From NCBI RefSeq assembly GCF_009914755.1, contig NC_060935.1: 64,000 nt of DNA; one strand, 5' to 3'. The stretch comes from the human T2T-CHM13v2.0 reference genome, Homo sapiens. The notes beneath the pieces were generated by a model. It was not told the DNA's origin, made no database searches, and worked only from the letters and a program-made list of their open reading frames with translations. Numbering within the stretch: the stretch's first letter is position 1; every line of letters starts with the position of its first letter. Positions 1 to 13,205 of the stretch are shown here, one piece after another. The position numbers and the translations under genes were made by a program.

Positions 1-425
1 AAGTGACATAAGCCAGGCACAGAAAGACAAGCATAGCACGTTCTCATTCATATATGGGAGCTAAAATAGTTGATCTCATGGAGGTAAATAGTAGAACGAT
101 AATTACCAGAGGGCTGGAAAGGGTGTGTGTGTGGAGGGGCTAAGGGGTGGGGGTAAGAGAATAAAGAGAGGTTAGTTAATAAGTACAAACATACAGTTAA
201 ATAGAAGGAATAAGTCCTAATATTCAATAGTAGAGTAGGGTAACTATAGTATTTTCAAAACAGCTAGAAGAGAGAACTTGAAATGTTTCCAACACATAGA
301 AATTATAAATACTAAGGTGATGTATACCCTAAATACCTTGACTTGATCATTAACATTCTATGCATTTAACAATGTCATATGCACCTCACAAAAATGTACA
401 AACATTATTATTACTAAAAAATTTT
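1..425 (+). mobile_element. Old L1 (L1MA-type) 3' end/3'UTR, cut by window start
   Basis: Motifs 'ataagccaggcacagaaagacaa', 'ttctcattcatatatgggagctaaaa' and 'tttccaacacatagaaat...accctaaatacc' typical of L1MA 3'UTRs; ends in an A-rich tail. Confidence 0.85.
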
Positions 426-1049
426 AAAAAACTACAATATGCAAATCTTTTTAAAAAGTGTTTGCCTTTGTGTCACCATGCCAGAAGCAGAACTTGCCCA
501 CCAGTAGGAATTTCTAATAAAGTTAATGAGACTATGTTGCAGCTCACAGACTGTTAAAGCCTAAGATGCTAACATTTCCTCCATGCTTTTAAATTTACAA
601 AGCCTTCTTATCCACTTGGTGTCATTTAGTCTTTACAAAAATTCTGCAAAGTGGCATCAGTATTGTTATCAGTCCCTTTTTTATAGTTAAACCAACCACC
701 CAGAGCACCATCATCTGGACTAGAACCAGGTTCCAGGGCTCCAATGCAAACCATGATGCTTCCTTTTAAGAAAATTCTTTATCATCTTCTGCCCCATTAG
801 AGGGAAGTTTTATACATTCATCTGAGGTTGAACAATAGAAACATGGACTCATGTTTTTGCTAGCTCTTTTTCCAACTAATGGACAGAGAAAAGTAAGACA
901 ATGTGTGCCCATGTTTGTACATTACTATATTTTCGGTGTTCAGTTCTTTATGTATATGTTCAGGACATTGAACAAATGAATTAATGAATAAATATTATAT
1001 GTGCTGAGCTGCTACTGGTCCATCCTAGTGGTGGCTTGTGGCCATAGTG

Positions 1050-1142
1050 CAGGGCAACCAACTGTCCTGTTTTGCCCGAGACAGATGGCTTTTCAGGGAA
1101 TTGGGACTGTCAGTACTTGCCCTGGTATGAGTTGGTTGTCTG
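1050..1142. mobile_element. MER81-like hAT-Blackjack MITE
   Basis: 'cagggcaaccaactgtcctgttttgccc...gagttggttgtctg' degenerate terminal inverted repeats. Confidence 0.6.
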
Positions 1143-1374
1143 ACCATAATGATCCTTTTCATGTGGCTGCCTAACCTTCCTTTTAGCTTGCAGTCTAGTT
1201 GGTAACTGATATTAGCATTGAAATATCCAATGCCAATAACAGGAGAAAGTGATGTGTTTCAGAAAAAAGTAGTTGTAATTATTGGATTGGAGATGGGGCA
1301 GGGGAGGCAAGAAGGGCAGCCAGCTAGCCTAGGATGCCTGGGTTAACTTCTGAACACTTGTTTTTTCCTCTTCT

Positions 1375-1660
1375 CTAAGCCTGGCTAATCCTACTTATCT
1401 TTTTATCCTGGATTAAATGTTTCTTTCCCTGGGAAACCTTCCCTGAACTCCTTAAGACTAGATTAGGCTCTCTGTTTGGTGTTCCTCTACTCTGCCTTTC
1501 AGACACCCTTCATATTTGTATTTATTGATTTGATGTCTATTCTTTGGGCTGTACACTCCAAAAAATAAAGTTGGAATTGTCTTATTCACTGCCATAGCTC
1601 TGATGGAAGCATACTGCCAGGTATATAGTAGATACTAAGTAAAAATCTATTGAATAGATT
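1375..1660 (+). mobile_element. L2 3' end fragment
   Basis: 'gggaaaccttccctga', 'tcttattcactgc', 'tagtagatactaagtaaaaatctattgaat' L2 tail motifs. Confidence 0.6.
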
Positions 1661-2118
1661 TTTTTTAACTGACTCCCGCTTCTGTAAAAGGGTAGTGTTA
1701 CAACGGAAGACTTATTCAGAGAGCAAGTGTTGTACCTGGACATATGAGATATGCTTTTAGCACAGGTAGCTAGGAGCTCAGATGTGGAAAAGACTAGATG
1801 CACAAAGTGGGTAGTCCTTTCAATTAACCAAACAAAATGAAGAAGCTAAGTTGTACTAAAACTTGGAAATTAATTGACAAATATTTATTTTGCATTATCC
1901 CTTCATACTTTCATGTATTAATTCAACCAGTATGTGTTGAAGTCTTTCTCCATGCCAAGCCATGGTCAAGAGATTGGAGACACAAAGATAAACATATGGT
2001 CTCTGTCCTTGAGAACTCTATTCCTAGATATTAATTAGCGTATGTTAAGTTTTATGCTGGAGCTGGTGCTCTAACAGATGAGAAACATGCCACCTGTCTG
2101 TCATTAAAAGACAGGCTC

Positions 2119-2885
<767 letters not shown>

Positions 2886-3779
2886 CTCTGACTCAGAATT
2901 TATTTCTGCCTACCTTGACCTCCTTCCTCCCACACCCACAACCAAACTTTCCACAGCCAATATTAATAACATTCTGCTCAGAGTCAGAGTTATTCTTGTT
3001 GTCCCTTTACGTTTCCCTTCCTGTCTCTTGCACGTTCTACTCCTCCCGTCGCCTGTGGCATATAGTATACTATATCAGGTACCAAAGCTCCTAATAAGTT
3101 TTGGCAGAAGCAAATACTTGATAATGATTTTCTGGGAGGAAAAAAATCACTTCTTCTGCCAAAGTCTAAGGGGTCTGTATTGTGAGATTAGCATATAGAT
3201 GACCTTGCTCTCTGCTCTTGATTCAGCTTTGGTGAGAACACAGAGCTTTTAAGTTCTTGTTACATTTTTAGTTTCTCAGGTCCCCCAGAGCAGTGTTCCT
3301 GAAAGAAGAGTAGGGAGAATTTCTGGAAATAAAAAGGTGCAGCCAATTCTCTGATCCTGAGAAACCTGCAGACTCATTTACCTGGAAGAAGGGAATCAGC
3401 TCCTGCAGGCTCTGCAAGGAGCACCAGGAGGCATGCATGGCTCTTCTACTGGTGGGCCCATGCCTCAGTTTCCCCTTCGGGAAAAAACCTCTTCAAAATC
3501 TGATGGTCTTGTAGTGGCTTAGCTTAGCTGGTAAGGTGAATTTTTCATTCACTCAAAATGTAATATTGTGCACCTTCAATTGTGGTCAATTTTGAGGATA
3601 CAAAAAATGAAAAGTAACATCTCTGCTCCCCAGTGTCAGACAGCAAATGGTGATAGTATCTAAGAATGGAGCAGGAGCCTCATTTTCTTGCATGCAAGGT
3701 AATTGGGCCAAAATTGATTTTCATATGGTTTGTCTTTAAATAGGAAAAACCTACTTAAACTTAGTAGGCTGGCCTATTT

Positions 3780-4475
3780 GCCTATGCTATTCTTTTTTTC
3801 CTGGGATACTCTTTCCCAGTGATTTACCCATCAAGGCCCATGCATTTTTCAAGTCTCAGCCAAATGCTGCCACCCTTCTGTAGCTTCCCTACCTATCCAA
3901 GGCAGGCCTGATGGCTCCTTCATCTGTATACTCACAGCATGGAGTCCTTCATTTCAGTGCTTTCTCACTAGGTTAAAGTAATAGCAACATGTCTGTAATA
4001 GCACGTGGACTTGAGCATGTGAATAAGGGGAGTCGCATCCTCTCTATCTCGAGAATGGAAGTGGTGGCAGGATGGACCCCCTGGAGAAGCCTCTCTGCCT
4101 CTTCATGCCGCCTGGCACCTGTGTCCTCCTCCCTGACCACTCAGGGCCAGGTGCAATTGTTGGTTTCCCCACCTGAAGGACTGATCGGATGGTTTGCACT
4201 AAAGATACATTGCAAATGATTCTCAGTAAGGGCAATGATGGAAAGCTTGGGATGTATTAGAATCATCTGAGGGGCTCAGGAGACTGTCCCACTCTCTGCT
4301 GCCAAGACTGCCACAGTGGAAGGAACTAGGCCTTGTGTGACGGAATAGCAGCCATGTGGCTATCACTCTTGAGGACAGGGAGTACGCTTTTCTTCTTTGA
4401 GTCTTCAGCTCTTAGCATGGGGCCTGGAACATGGCAGGGTTCATTAAATTCATGACTGAATGAGAATAAATGAAA
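3780..4475 (+). mobile_element. L2 3' portion interrupted by a 330-bp insertion at 4010-4341
   Basis: 'ttttcaagtctcagccaaatgctgccacc' before the insertion; 'ctcttgaggacaggga...cttagcatggggcctggaacatggcagggttcattaaatt...tgaatgagaataaatgaa' after it. Confidence 0.65.
4010..4341 (+). repeat. Copy 1 of a local ~330-bp direct duplication
   Basis: Colinear with 5339-5672, e.g. 'tgcaaatgattctcagtaagggcaatgatggaaagc' and 'ttagaatcatctgaggggctcaggagactgtccca' in both. Confidence 0.95.
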
Positions 4476-5338
4476 AGGGCTAGGCTCATTAGCTTGGGCA
4501 GATGTATACCTCACATTCTATGTCAGTGGTCAGGTCCAGAGAGCTGGCAGGCAGGGAAAGGAGATGGGCAGACACATTTAAATAATCGTATTGAGTCTTG
4601 GGGAAAGGGTCCAGGAAGAAAGATGCTAACTAGATCCAAGTGCCAAGAATCCAAGAGAGCTTTGAGTCACTGCTTACTCTGATGGAGAATCTAAAGAGGG
4701 ATGTTTAAGGTAGAACAGTGACACCTAGTGGTGGAAGAATGACCTGCTAGATCCTTTCCCATCAAGCTCCCCATCCTGCTTATCTCTGTCCTCCTGTTCC
4801 CTTGGCAGGTTGGGACCTTGGTGATACCAGTGGGTGCCTAGAGAAAGAAGTGTGCTGTCTCAGGCTCCTACAGGACGCCGTGGTTTGCTGGTCTCCAGGG
4901 TGGATGGACGAGTAGATGGTTTGACCATGAAAACACAAACATTGTGCCTGTGACTAATGACACTATATTGTATATTTAAAATTTTGTTAAAATGATAGAT
5001 CTCATATTAAATGTTTTTCTACAACACACACACACCAAAACACAAAGCCAGCCAATCACATAAAAAAACTCAACAAACCCAGTCTGATTCTGTTACAGGG
5101 CCAGACTAGATGATTGTAGAGGTCCCCTGGTCAACTCTTTTCGAGCCTAGAGAGGGAAAAGGACCAGTCCAAAGACACATAACAAACTAGTTACAGAGCC
5201 AGGGCCAGAAGCCAGGTTTCCTGCTGCTCAGAAAAGAGCCCTCTCTATCAGCCTTCCTCTGCTGACTTTGACAAGGTGGAATTATGCCACAGTGAATAGA
5301 AAGGTACTGAGAGAGGAGCAAATCAAGGGGAGGGGAAG

Positions 5339-5672
5339 CTTGAGGATGTAAGCAAGGGGAGTCACATGCTGTCTACCTGGAGAATGGAAGTAGGGGCAGG
5401 ATGGAGCCCCCTGGAGAAGTCTCTCCACCTCTTCATGCCAACCTGGCACCTGCGTCCTCCTCCCTGAGCACTCAGGGCCAAGCGTAATTGTTGGTTTCCC
5501 TGCTTGAAGGACTGATCTGATGATTCACGCTACTGATGTGTTGCAAATGATTCTCAGTAAGGGCAATGATGGAAAGCCTGGGATATATTAGAATCATCTG
5601 AGGGGCTCAGGAGACTGTCCCATTCTCTGCTGCCAAGATTGCCACAAGGGAAGGAAATGGGCCTTGTGTAAC
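5339..5672 (+). repeat. Copy 2 (probable donor) of the local ~330-bp direct duplication
   Basis: Colinear with 4010-4341, roughly 85% identical by eye. Confidence 0.95.
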
Positions 5673-6379
5673 CCAGAGGAGCCTGGGTGAGGTGCTGGAG
5701 GCATTCACCATGGGGCTCTGGCTAGGAGAGCCTGTTTTCTGTCATGTTATGCTGCCCAGTGGAGTTTTCCCAGCAGAGCTGTCTCCAGTGGCCTCCTGGC
5801 TGCCTGGCATGGAGATCCAGTCTCTCTTGGAAAGTCTGGACAACTCTCCCCTCTAACTCCAGCTTTCCATGTATATTTTTCCTCTCAGCCTTGGTGCTTT
5901 GTCTGCCTGACTTTTCAATTGACTTTCCCCTGAGTCACAAATTCCCCAGCTCCTCCTTCCCCGCAGGCTATCCCAGGTTCCACCATAGCTGGGAAAGGCA
6001 GGAAGCAGCTATCTCTCCCTTGGAGCAAAATTTGTCAAACACAGAATGGAAACAGAGCTTGCTATCAACGTGCTGAAAATGCTTGTTGCTGGATACAAAA
6101 TGTGATATCAAGATACTCCAGAGATACGCCCTTGCTGTTTCTCTAGAGTCCTTCTCTTCAGGTGATATTTGGTTATTTATTTTAGCAGTTAAAAAATTCT
6201 TAACTTTATTTAGTGATTTTAACATGTCTCTGAAAACATAGGTATTTCAGGGACAAATGAAGCCATGTGGAAAATGACTAAATGCAAAATGACTTGTTAG
6301 TCATTGTAATTAGCAAACAGATCTATTTTTGGCTAATTTATATAGCATTAATTACAAATACTTAGGGGATGTTTACTGG

Positions 6380-6540
6380 GTCTTGTGGGCTTTGCAGGCC
6401 TTGGATTGTGCTAAGCACTTCATGTGCATTTTATGGTTTAATCCCTCACAACAACACTCCAAGGGAGATAATTTTATTATCTCAATTTGCAGTTGTAAAA
6501 ACAAGCTTAGTGACTTGCCCAGAATCACATAGCCGGCTGT
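6380..6540 (-). mobile_element. MIR SINE
   Basis: 'gtgctaagcacttcatgtgcatt...tttaatccctcacaacaac...ttagtgacttgcccagaatcacatagc'. Confidence 0.7.
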
Positions 6541-7319
6541 CAGGTCCTTGATGGCAGGGACCTTGCCTTATCTCCTGATGTCCTCCATTTGCCTGCCACA
6601 GGATCCTAGAAATAATAGGGCCAAAGAGATGCTGGTGAATGATGTTGGTGAAGATGATGATAACAAATGATGACTTCCGACTAAGATGCAAGGTTTCTCC
6701 TACTCCACCATTTACTTCCTTACTCTGTTCCCAGACGTACTCTGTTCCCAGACGTAATCGGGACAAAGATACTCCCATTACAGACTGTGGAAAACATCTC
6801 ACCTTCCCTCCAAGCTTGGGAATGGTGAGAATGCCTTGATTCTATTGTTGCTTCTGTTTTTCATCTGTAAAATGGGGACAAAAGTATGACTTTAGGGTAA
6901 ATGAGACATAAATGTACATCATAGACGTAAAAACACTTTTTAAGTTGTTAATCATTAAACAAGAGAGATGTTACTTTGATGAATAGTCTGCTATTCAATA
7001 TTAATAATAATGTACACACCAAGCTGAAAGGTGGGCTACCTTCTCCTTATTCCGTACGTAAAGCAAAATTGTGATCTCATCTTCCATGCTTGCATCTTGG
7101 TATTTCGAAGGTGGAAAGAGACAACGGGAGCTACTCATTCCTCCTCTTAGGAAGGAGGGCCTGACTTTCAAGTCTATTTTCTTGCTGTAGATGGAAAAAA
7201 AAACCTGATTTTGAATGCCAGAGCTGAATACTGTAATTTTAGTATTGCACTAACCCCAATCACCCATCACCCCACAGATAGATGCCTTGGGTTGAAGACT
7301 CTTTCATTATACATTAAAC

Positions 7320-7613
7320 TGGTGTTAATTCAAATTTAGTGCTTGGCTGGGGGCCTGTCCACAAACTTTTTGTTACTAGCCTATAAAAAGATACATTTAG
7401 CAATTAATGGTAAACATTTAGAAATATTTCACAGCAACTTTACAGAGTTATTTTTATATCTGTTGAATTGAAGAAAAAATAGTGGCTTGCATTTTGTTTG
7501 TCCTTTTAATATTTAACAATACATTTTTATTGCCTTTTCCAAAAGTATAAGTCTGTGGTCGATTGAAATTTTTTTAAAAATGTTATTCCCTACTGGTAGT
7601 TTGAGAAGTACTG
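7320..7613. mobile_element. hAT-Charlie non-autonomous DNA transposon
   Basis: Terminal 'agtttgagaagtactg' (Charlie TIR-like) and an AT-rich body. Confidence 0.5.
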
Positions 7614-8222
7614 CTTTATACCTGAAAAGGAGGGAGTAGATGATTTTTAGCCTTTTATGCTAAGGATCCTTTCTAGCTCTATGAAAATGTGTTTGCCTCC
7701 CTCTCAGGGACCACACCATGTGGTATGATGAAGGACCTGACTATGACCAGCCACAGAAGGGCTCATACACCCTTCCTCCAGGGAATTAGGTGAGGACTCA
7801 CTTTCTGTTGGTAAGCTCGAGAGAGCCACCGAAGTGATTATTTTCCCAACAACATCAGAATTTGCTCTTTGGCGACTCCTGCCTCTCACTGGATACAGAA
7901 GTAACTGGCAACATTTTAAATATGTGGCTCACCAAGCACATCTTTACCATAAAATGAGAAAACGGGCTCAGAGGGATGAAGTAACTTGTCCTAGGCACAT
8001 AGCTAGTAGAGCTTAGAATCCAGATTTAAACCCAGGTCTGTTTTCTCCAAGAGCTCATGATCCTGCCAGTTTATCACAGTTTGTTTGGAAGGTTGAGACA
8101 CACAGTCTCTGCAAAAACTGTTGAGGAGTCTGGAGAAGGGGTAAAGAGAAAGTCAGTCGGGCATACTCAGGAGGTGGAGAAGTGTGGAGAAACTGACAGA
8201 GCGGGACAGAAGTGTCAGGCAT

Positions 8223-8545
8223 TGCTATGGGTTAGAATGAGCCCCCCACCCCAATTCATATGTTGAAGCCCTAACCTTCAGTACCTCAGAATGTGAGCTT
8301 AAGGGAGATAGGGTCTTTTCATAGGTAATCACATTAAAATGAGATCATTAGAATGGGCCCTAATCCAATATGATGGCATCCTTCTAGAAAGGGGAAAATT
8401 TGGACCAGACATATATAGAGGGAAGATCATGTGATGAGACATAGGGAGAAGGTGACCATTTACAGCCAAGGAGAGAGGCCTTAACAGATCCTTCCCTCAG
8501 AACCCTCAGAAGGAACCAAGCCTGCTGGTGCCTTGATTTGGACTT
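8223..8545 (+). mobile_element. MLT1B-type MaLR LTR, 3'-truncated
   Basis: 'tgctatgg...aattcatatgttgaagccctaacc...gggccctaatccaatatga...ccaaggagagaggcc...ccttgatttggact'. Confidence 0.85.
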
Positions 8546-9605
8546 GATTTGGACTGGATTTAATGATTTGGACATCGTTAAAGATTCCAGAGATGGCTGG
8601 TTTCCGCCAGTGGGAGGGAGAGGACCTCATGCCGGCTCCATCACTGATAGTGTCTTATGCTGTTAACATGTATTTACCAGCCTGTCAGGGCAGAGGGAAT
8701 GAGGATGTTCTCTGCAAGCCTGTCAACTTTCTCATCCAGTTCCACTCTCACTGTCCTGACTCCTCATGAATTTCTGGCCATGAGTCATTCTTTCAGGACT
8801 GAACTCTACAGCCCTGTTACAGAGAGATTTTCACCAGATCCAACTCTACTAGCCTTAAATGTATAGTAAGCATTGCATTGGATGGTGCACATGTTTGAAA
8901 TAAGTAGCCCAGGCCCTCATTTGCTTCCTTCGGGGGCAGGCAGACGTTCTACGTCTACCACCTCAGAATTCCTCTGAGTTCTGTTGAAAAGACAGACTAC
9001 TGAGAATGAGCAGGCCACCTGAGAAGGGAGCCATCTGTGTTCTATGGAGGAACAGGGCTCTTCTGGCCATGGGGAGGCCATGGGAATAGGAAGCCAAGGA
9101 AGATTCAAATGCTCTGCTTCACAAAGGAATATTTTCATAAATGCCACAGTCACTCTTGTGGGAGGGTCCCTCTGACTATATGGAGAGGCTCTCCGAGCCT
9201 TTTCTGGAGGCTTCTTGAGTACTTCCTTACTCACCTTTTGAAACAACCAATTTGCACTTTGGGGGCAGAAGGATTTCTTTGGAGGAATATTTCACATTTT
9301 TTTGCAGTGATGGAAGTGGGCATTGTCAGATGGTCTGCAAAGATGGTGAAGGTTGGTTGCCACTATTTTGTCTATGAATGGTTGTCTCATGGGTCATTGT
9401 TAAGGATTGTTGTTTCTGTGGGCTGGCTGCATTACAATCACCCAGCAGTTTAAACAGTAAACATTCCTGGGTTCCTGCTCCCTGAGATCCTTATTCAGGA
9501 GTTTAGGCACATATCTAGGAATTTGTATGTTAAAAATATCTCTGATGATTGTAATGTGCAGATAGATTTGGGAACATCAGTTCCCCATTTCTACATTGCT
9601 ATTAT

Positions 9606-9607
<2 letters not shown>

Positions 9608-9651
<44 letters not shown>
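9608..9651. repeat. (CA)n microsatellite
   Basis: About 21 CA units seen directly. Confidence 0.98.
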
Positions 9652-9653
<2 letters not shown>

Positions 9654-9885
9654 CTTTAACAAATATTCATTGGGAACTTTCCCTGTTCTAGAAAGTGAGC
9701 AGAGACCTAGGCATATAGGGACCAAAGGCACAATTTTTGTCCTCAGATAGTCAGTCTAGTGGGAAAGACAGGCTGGGATCAGATGTTGACCATACAGCAT
9801 CATAAATGTTTGAGTAGAGTTAGGCCTAGGATGTCTAAGAACATTGAATCTGCTTTTGGGGGTGCATGTGGGAACGGAATTATGG

Positions 9886-10102
9886 CATTTGTTTTCAACT
9901 GGGGGTGATTTTGCCCTGCGGAGGTATTTGGTAAAGTCTGGAGACATTTTTGGTTGTTAAAAGTTGGGAAGGGTGCTTCTAGAATCTAGTGGGTAGAGGC
10001 CAGTGAGGGATGCTGCCAAATATCCTATATGCACAGAAAAGCACCCCACAACAAAGAATTATCTGGCCCCAAATGTCAATAGTGATGAGACTGAGAAGCC
10101 TG
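9886..10102 (+). mobile_element. MER20 hAT-Charlie DNA transposon inside an antisense L2
   Basis: 'tcaactgggggtgattttgccc...tctggagacatttttggttgt...acaacaaagaattatctggccccaaatgtcaatagtg'. Confidence 0.9.
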
Positions 10103-10492
10103 GGGATAGGAAAGTCTTCCTAGGGGTTGAAACTGACCAGACACACAAAATGGAGAGTTGGTAATGGGAAGCTTACTCTAATGCAGAGAAAACAGCAGAG
10201 ACCTTGAGCAGGCACACCTTGGGAGCTGTGTGATGATATGCAAGTTGGCACAGGTGGTGAGGGAAGAGGCCAGAGAGGTTGAAGGGGACTTGGGTTCCCT
10301 GCATTAGAGAGTGGATTTCTTCCTTAAGGCTAGAGGAAGCCACTGAAGCCGAAGCAGTCAACTGCAAAAGTAAACTTGCATTTTAGAAATATTACTCTGA
10401 TATAAGGTTGAGGGATTGAGGGATGCCTGAGATGGAAGGGCTGGGCTGGGGGCACTCGGGTTTCTCAACAAAGAGATAAAGACAAACTTTTT

Positions 10493-10977
10493 AAGAAATA
10501 TATATATATATATTTTTATTATACTTTAAGTTCTAGGGTACGTGTGCACAACGTGCAGGTTAGTTACATATGTATACATGTGCCATGTTGGTGTGCTGCA
10601 CCCATTAACTCGTCATTTACATTAGGTGTATCTCCTAATGCTATCTCTCCCCCCTCCCCCCACTGCACGACAGGCCCCAGTGTGTGATGTTCCCCTTCCT
10701 GTGTCCAAGTGTTCTCATTGTTCAATTCCCACCTATGAATGAGAACATGCGGTGTTTGGTTTTTTGTCTTTGTGATAGTTGGCTGAGAGTGATGGTTTCC
10801 AGCTTCATCCATGTCCCTACAAAGGACATGAACTCATCATTTTTTATGGCTGCATAGTATTCCATGGTGTATGTGTGCCACATTTTCTTAATCCAGTCTA
10901 TCATTGATGGACATGTGGGTTGGTTCCAAGTCTTTGCTATTGTGAATAGTGCTGCAATAAACATACGTGTTCATGTG
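10493..10977 (-). mobile_element. L1PA (PA4-like) 3' end, 5'-truncated, about 480 bp
   Basis: ORF2 C-terminus (…[10 protein letters not shown]), 3'UTR and AT-rich tail; degenerate TSD aaga(c/g)aaac(t/c)tttt on both sides. Confidence 0.95.
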
Positions 10978-11379
10978 AAGAGAAACCTTTTCAAACCCAG
11001 ATTGAGTCTAAGAGCCAAGGAAATGTGCCAGATAGGAAAGTTGCAGAAGATGGAGGGGGCTGTAGGAAACCCAGAGAGGTTAAGTGACTTGTGTAAGGAT
11101 GGGTAGTAATTTTTGGCAGACCTGGAAATTTTGGCAGATGATCTTAAAGATAAACATATACTGTAACAATTGCTTTATATTATGGGGCTGCAGAAACAAC
11201 TGCTGACATTCCCAAACCTTACCTGTAGTTGAGTTTCCTTGCTGATAGTAAGGATTGGGCTGTTATCATTCCAGGTATTAGTGTTATTTTATTGCCCAAA
11301 ATAGTTCTATAAATGTGGTATTATCTTCAACATTCATAAATTTGAAAACTGAGATGCAATGAGGTTAATCTCATAGATA

Positions 11380-11760
11380 ATGTCAGTTAGCTATTGCCGC
11401 ATGAGACAATACCCACTCCCTAAATCAGTGACTTGGTACTGCTCATGAGTTTATTGGTAGCTGAATGGCTTTCTGATCTCTGCTGGGATGTCTCACAAGG
11501 CTGGAGACTTGGCAGAGGTAGTGCAGCTCTGTCTACATGGTCTTTTCAGGCTGACTTAAACATGTTCTCACAGCAATGTCAGAGAAGCAATGGAAGAAGC
11601 AGAAACATGAATACTTTTTCAAGTCTCTGCTTCAAGCTTGCTACTGCCCGATTAGTCAATGCAAATCACATTGCTGAGGCCAGAGTCAGAGTGGGAGGGG
11701 ACTAAGGGTTATAGGGGAAAAGGCACAGATATAGGAGGCTATTAATAAGGGCCACTAAGT
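11380..11760 (-). mobile_element. Old MLT1 (MaLR) LTR
   Basis: 'tgtcagttagctattgc' and 'gcaaatcacattgctgaggccagagtcagagtgggagggg'. Confidence 0.6.
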
Positions 11761-11939
11761 CACTCTTCTCTTCAGCAAATAGTGGCAGAGCCAGAATTTG
11801 AGCTGGATTCTTCAGATTCCAAAGTATATAATTTCTCTACCAGACTCTCCTGCTTTGATAATAAGAATGTAATAAAAAACAATATACATTAGTTCATTAG
11901 TTAGGATTTTGCATCAATAAAGACACTTTCATATGTACC

Positions 11940-12245
11940 TTTTTTTTTTTTTTTTTTTTTTTTGAGACAGACTCTCACTCTGTTTCTCAGGCAGGAATGC
12001 AGTGGTGCCATCTTGGCTCACTGAAACTTCTGCCTCCCAGCTTCAAACAATTCTCGTGCTTCAGCCTCCTGGATAGCTGGGATTACAGATGCATGCCACC
12101 ACACCCGGCTAATTGTTGTATTTTTAGTAGAGATGGGGTTTTGCCATGTTGACCAGGCTGGTCTTGAACTCCTGGCTTCAAGTGATCCACTGGCTTTGGC
12201 CTCTCAAAGTGCTGAGATTACAGGTGTGAGCCACTGCGACAAACC
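11940..12245 (-). mobile_element. Full-length Alu (older S/J type)
   Basis: Poly(T) followed by two Alu arms with CpG decay. Confidence 0.95.
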
Positions 12246-12339
12246 CATATATATTATCTTAACCAAGGCTGAGACAACCCTGTGATACTGGCAGAACTGA
12301 CATCTTTGTTTAAAGAAAAAAAGCAAAAGCAATTAAATA

Positions 12340-13205
12340 TTCAGATTCATAAACAGCTAATTTCCTTAGTAAGCAAAGAGTGCTTAGGCACAAATAAGAA
12401 AAAGATAATAGTATAGTGGGCAAAGGCCACAAACAGGTAATCAATTAAAAGAGAAATGTAAATGGACAAACATGAGAAAACACGTAATGTCCTTCCAAAT
12501 AAAAGAAATGCAAAATGTAAAAATGAGATATCATTCTATCCTACTGGATTGATGAAGACTTTTAGGTTTCATGATACCCAGTGTTACTTAGGGACGGGAG
12601 TATGGGCCAGAAATAGGAAGCCTTCTATGCTGATGGTGGGAGAATGAATTGGTGTGATATATTTGGAGGGTAATTTTGGCAATAGTGATAAAAATATGCA
12701 TATGAAATTTGACTTAACTATTTTTATTTTTAGGAATTTACCCTAAAGATAGACCTAAAAAGGTCTGCAAAGATATCCACAGGGATATTCATTGCAGGCT
12801 TCTTTGTGATAGCCAAAGAATGGAAACCCTCTAAGCCAATTCAGAGAATGGGTTATATAGATTTTCTTTTAACTTTGTCCAAACTAGGTGTCAAGGAGAA
12901 TGAAATAGATCTTTATGTCCTGACATGGAAGGATCTCTAAGACATATTGTGAGAGAGAGGGAAAAAATGGCATGTCTGTGAACAAGATTTACAATTTTTC
13001 ATTTGTTTAAAATAGAGATATTATATACATGCTTGTGTCAACATAGAAAATGTCTCAAAGGACATCTATGAAGCAGTTAATAGTAGCTAATTCTGAGGAA
13101 TAATCAGAAGGGTGGAGGAAGAAAAGGACAACTCTATGTTTAACTTCATTCTCTTCCTCACTATCTGAATTCTTTCCCCATGAAAATGTACTACTTTTAT
13201 CTAAG
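12340..13205 (+). mobile_element. Ancient L1 (L1ME/L1MC) ORF2 end and 3'UTR
   Basis: 'aagaaatgcaaaat...aatgagatatcatt', 'taggaatttaccctaaagat' and 'ggatattcattgcag...tttgtgatagccaaagaatggaaac'. Confidence 0.75.

Noticed and set aside
4010-5672. Direct repeats as LTRs of a small retroelement
   Set aside because: No TG..CA ends, PBS/PPT or outer TSD; the spacer contains L2, L1 and MIR debris
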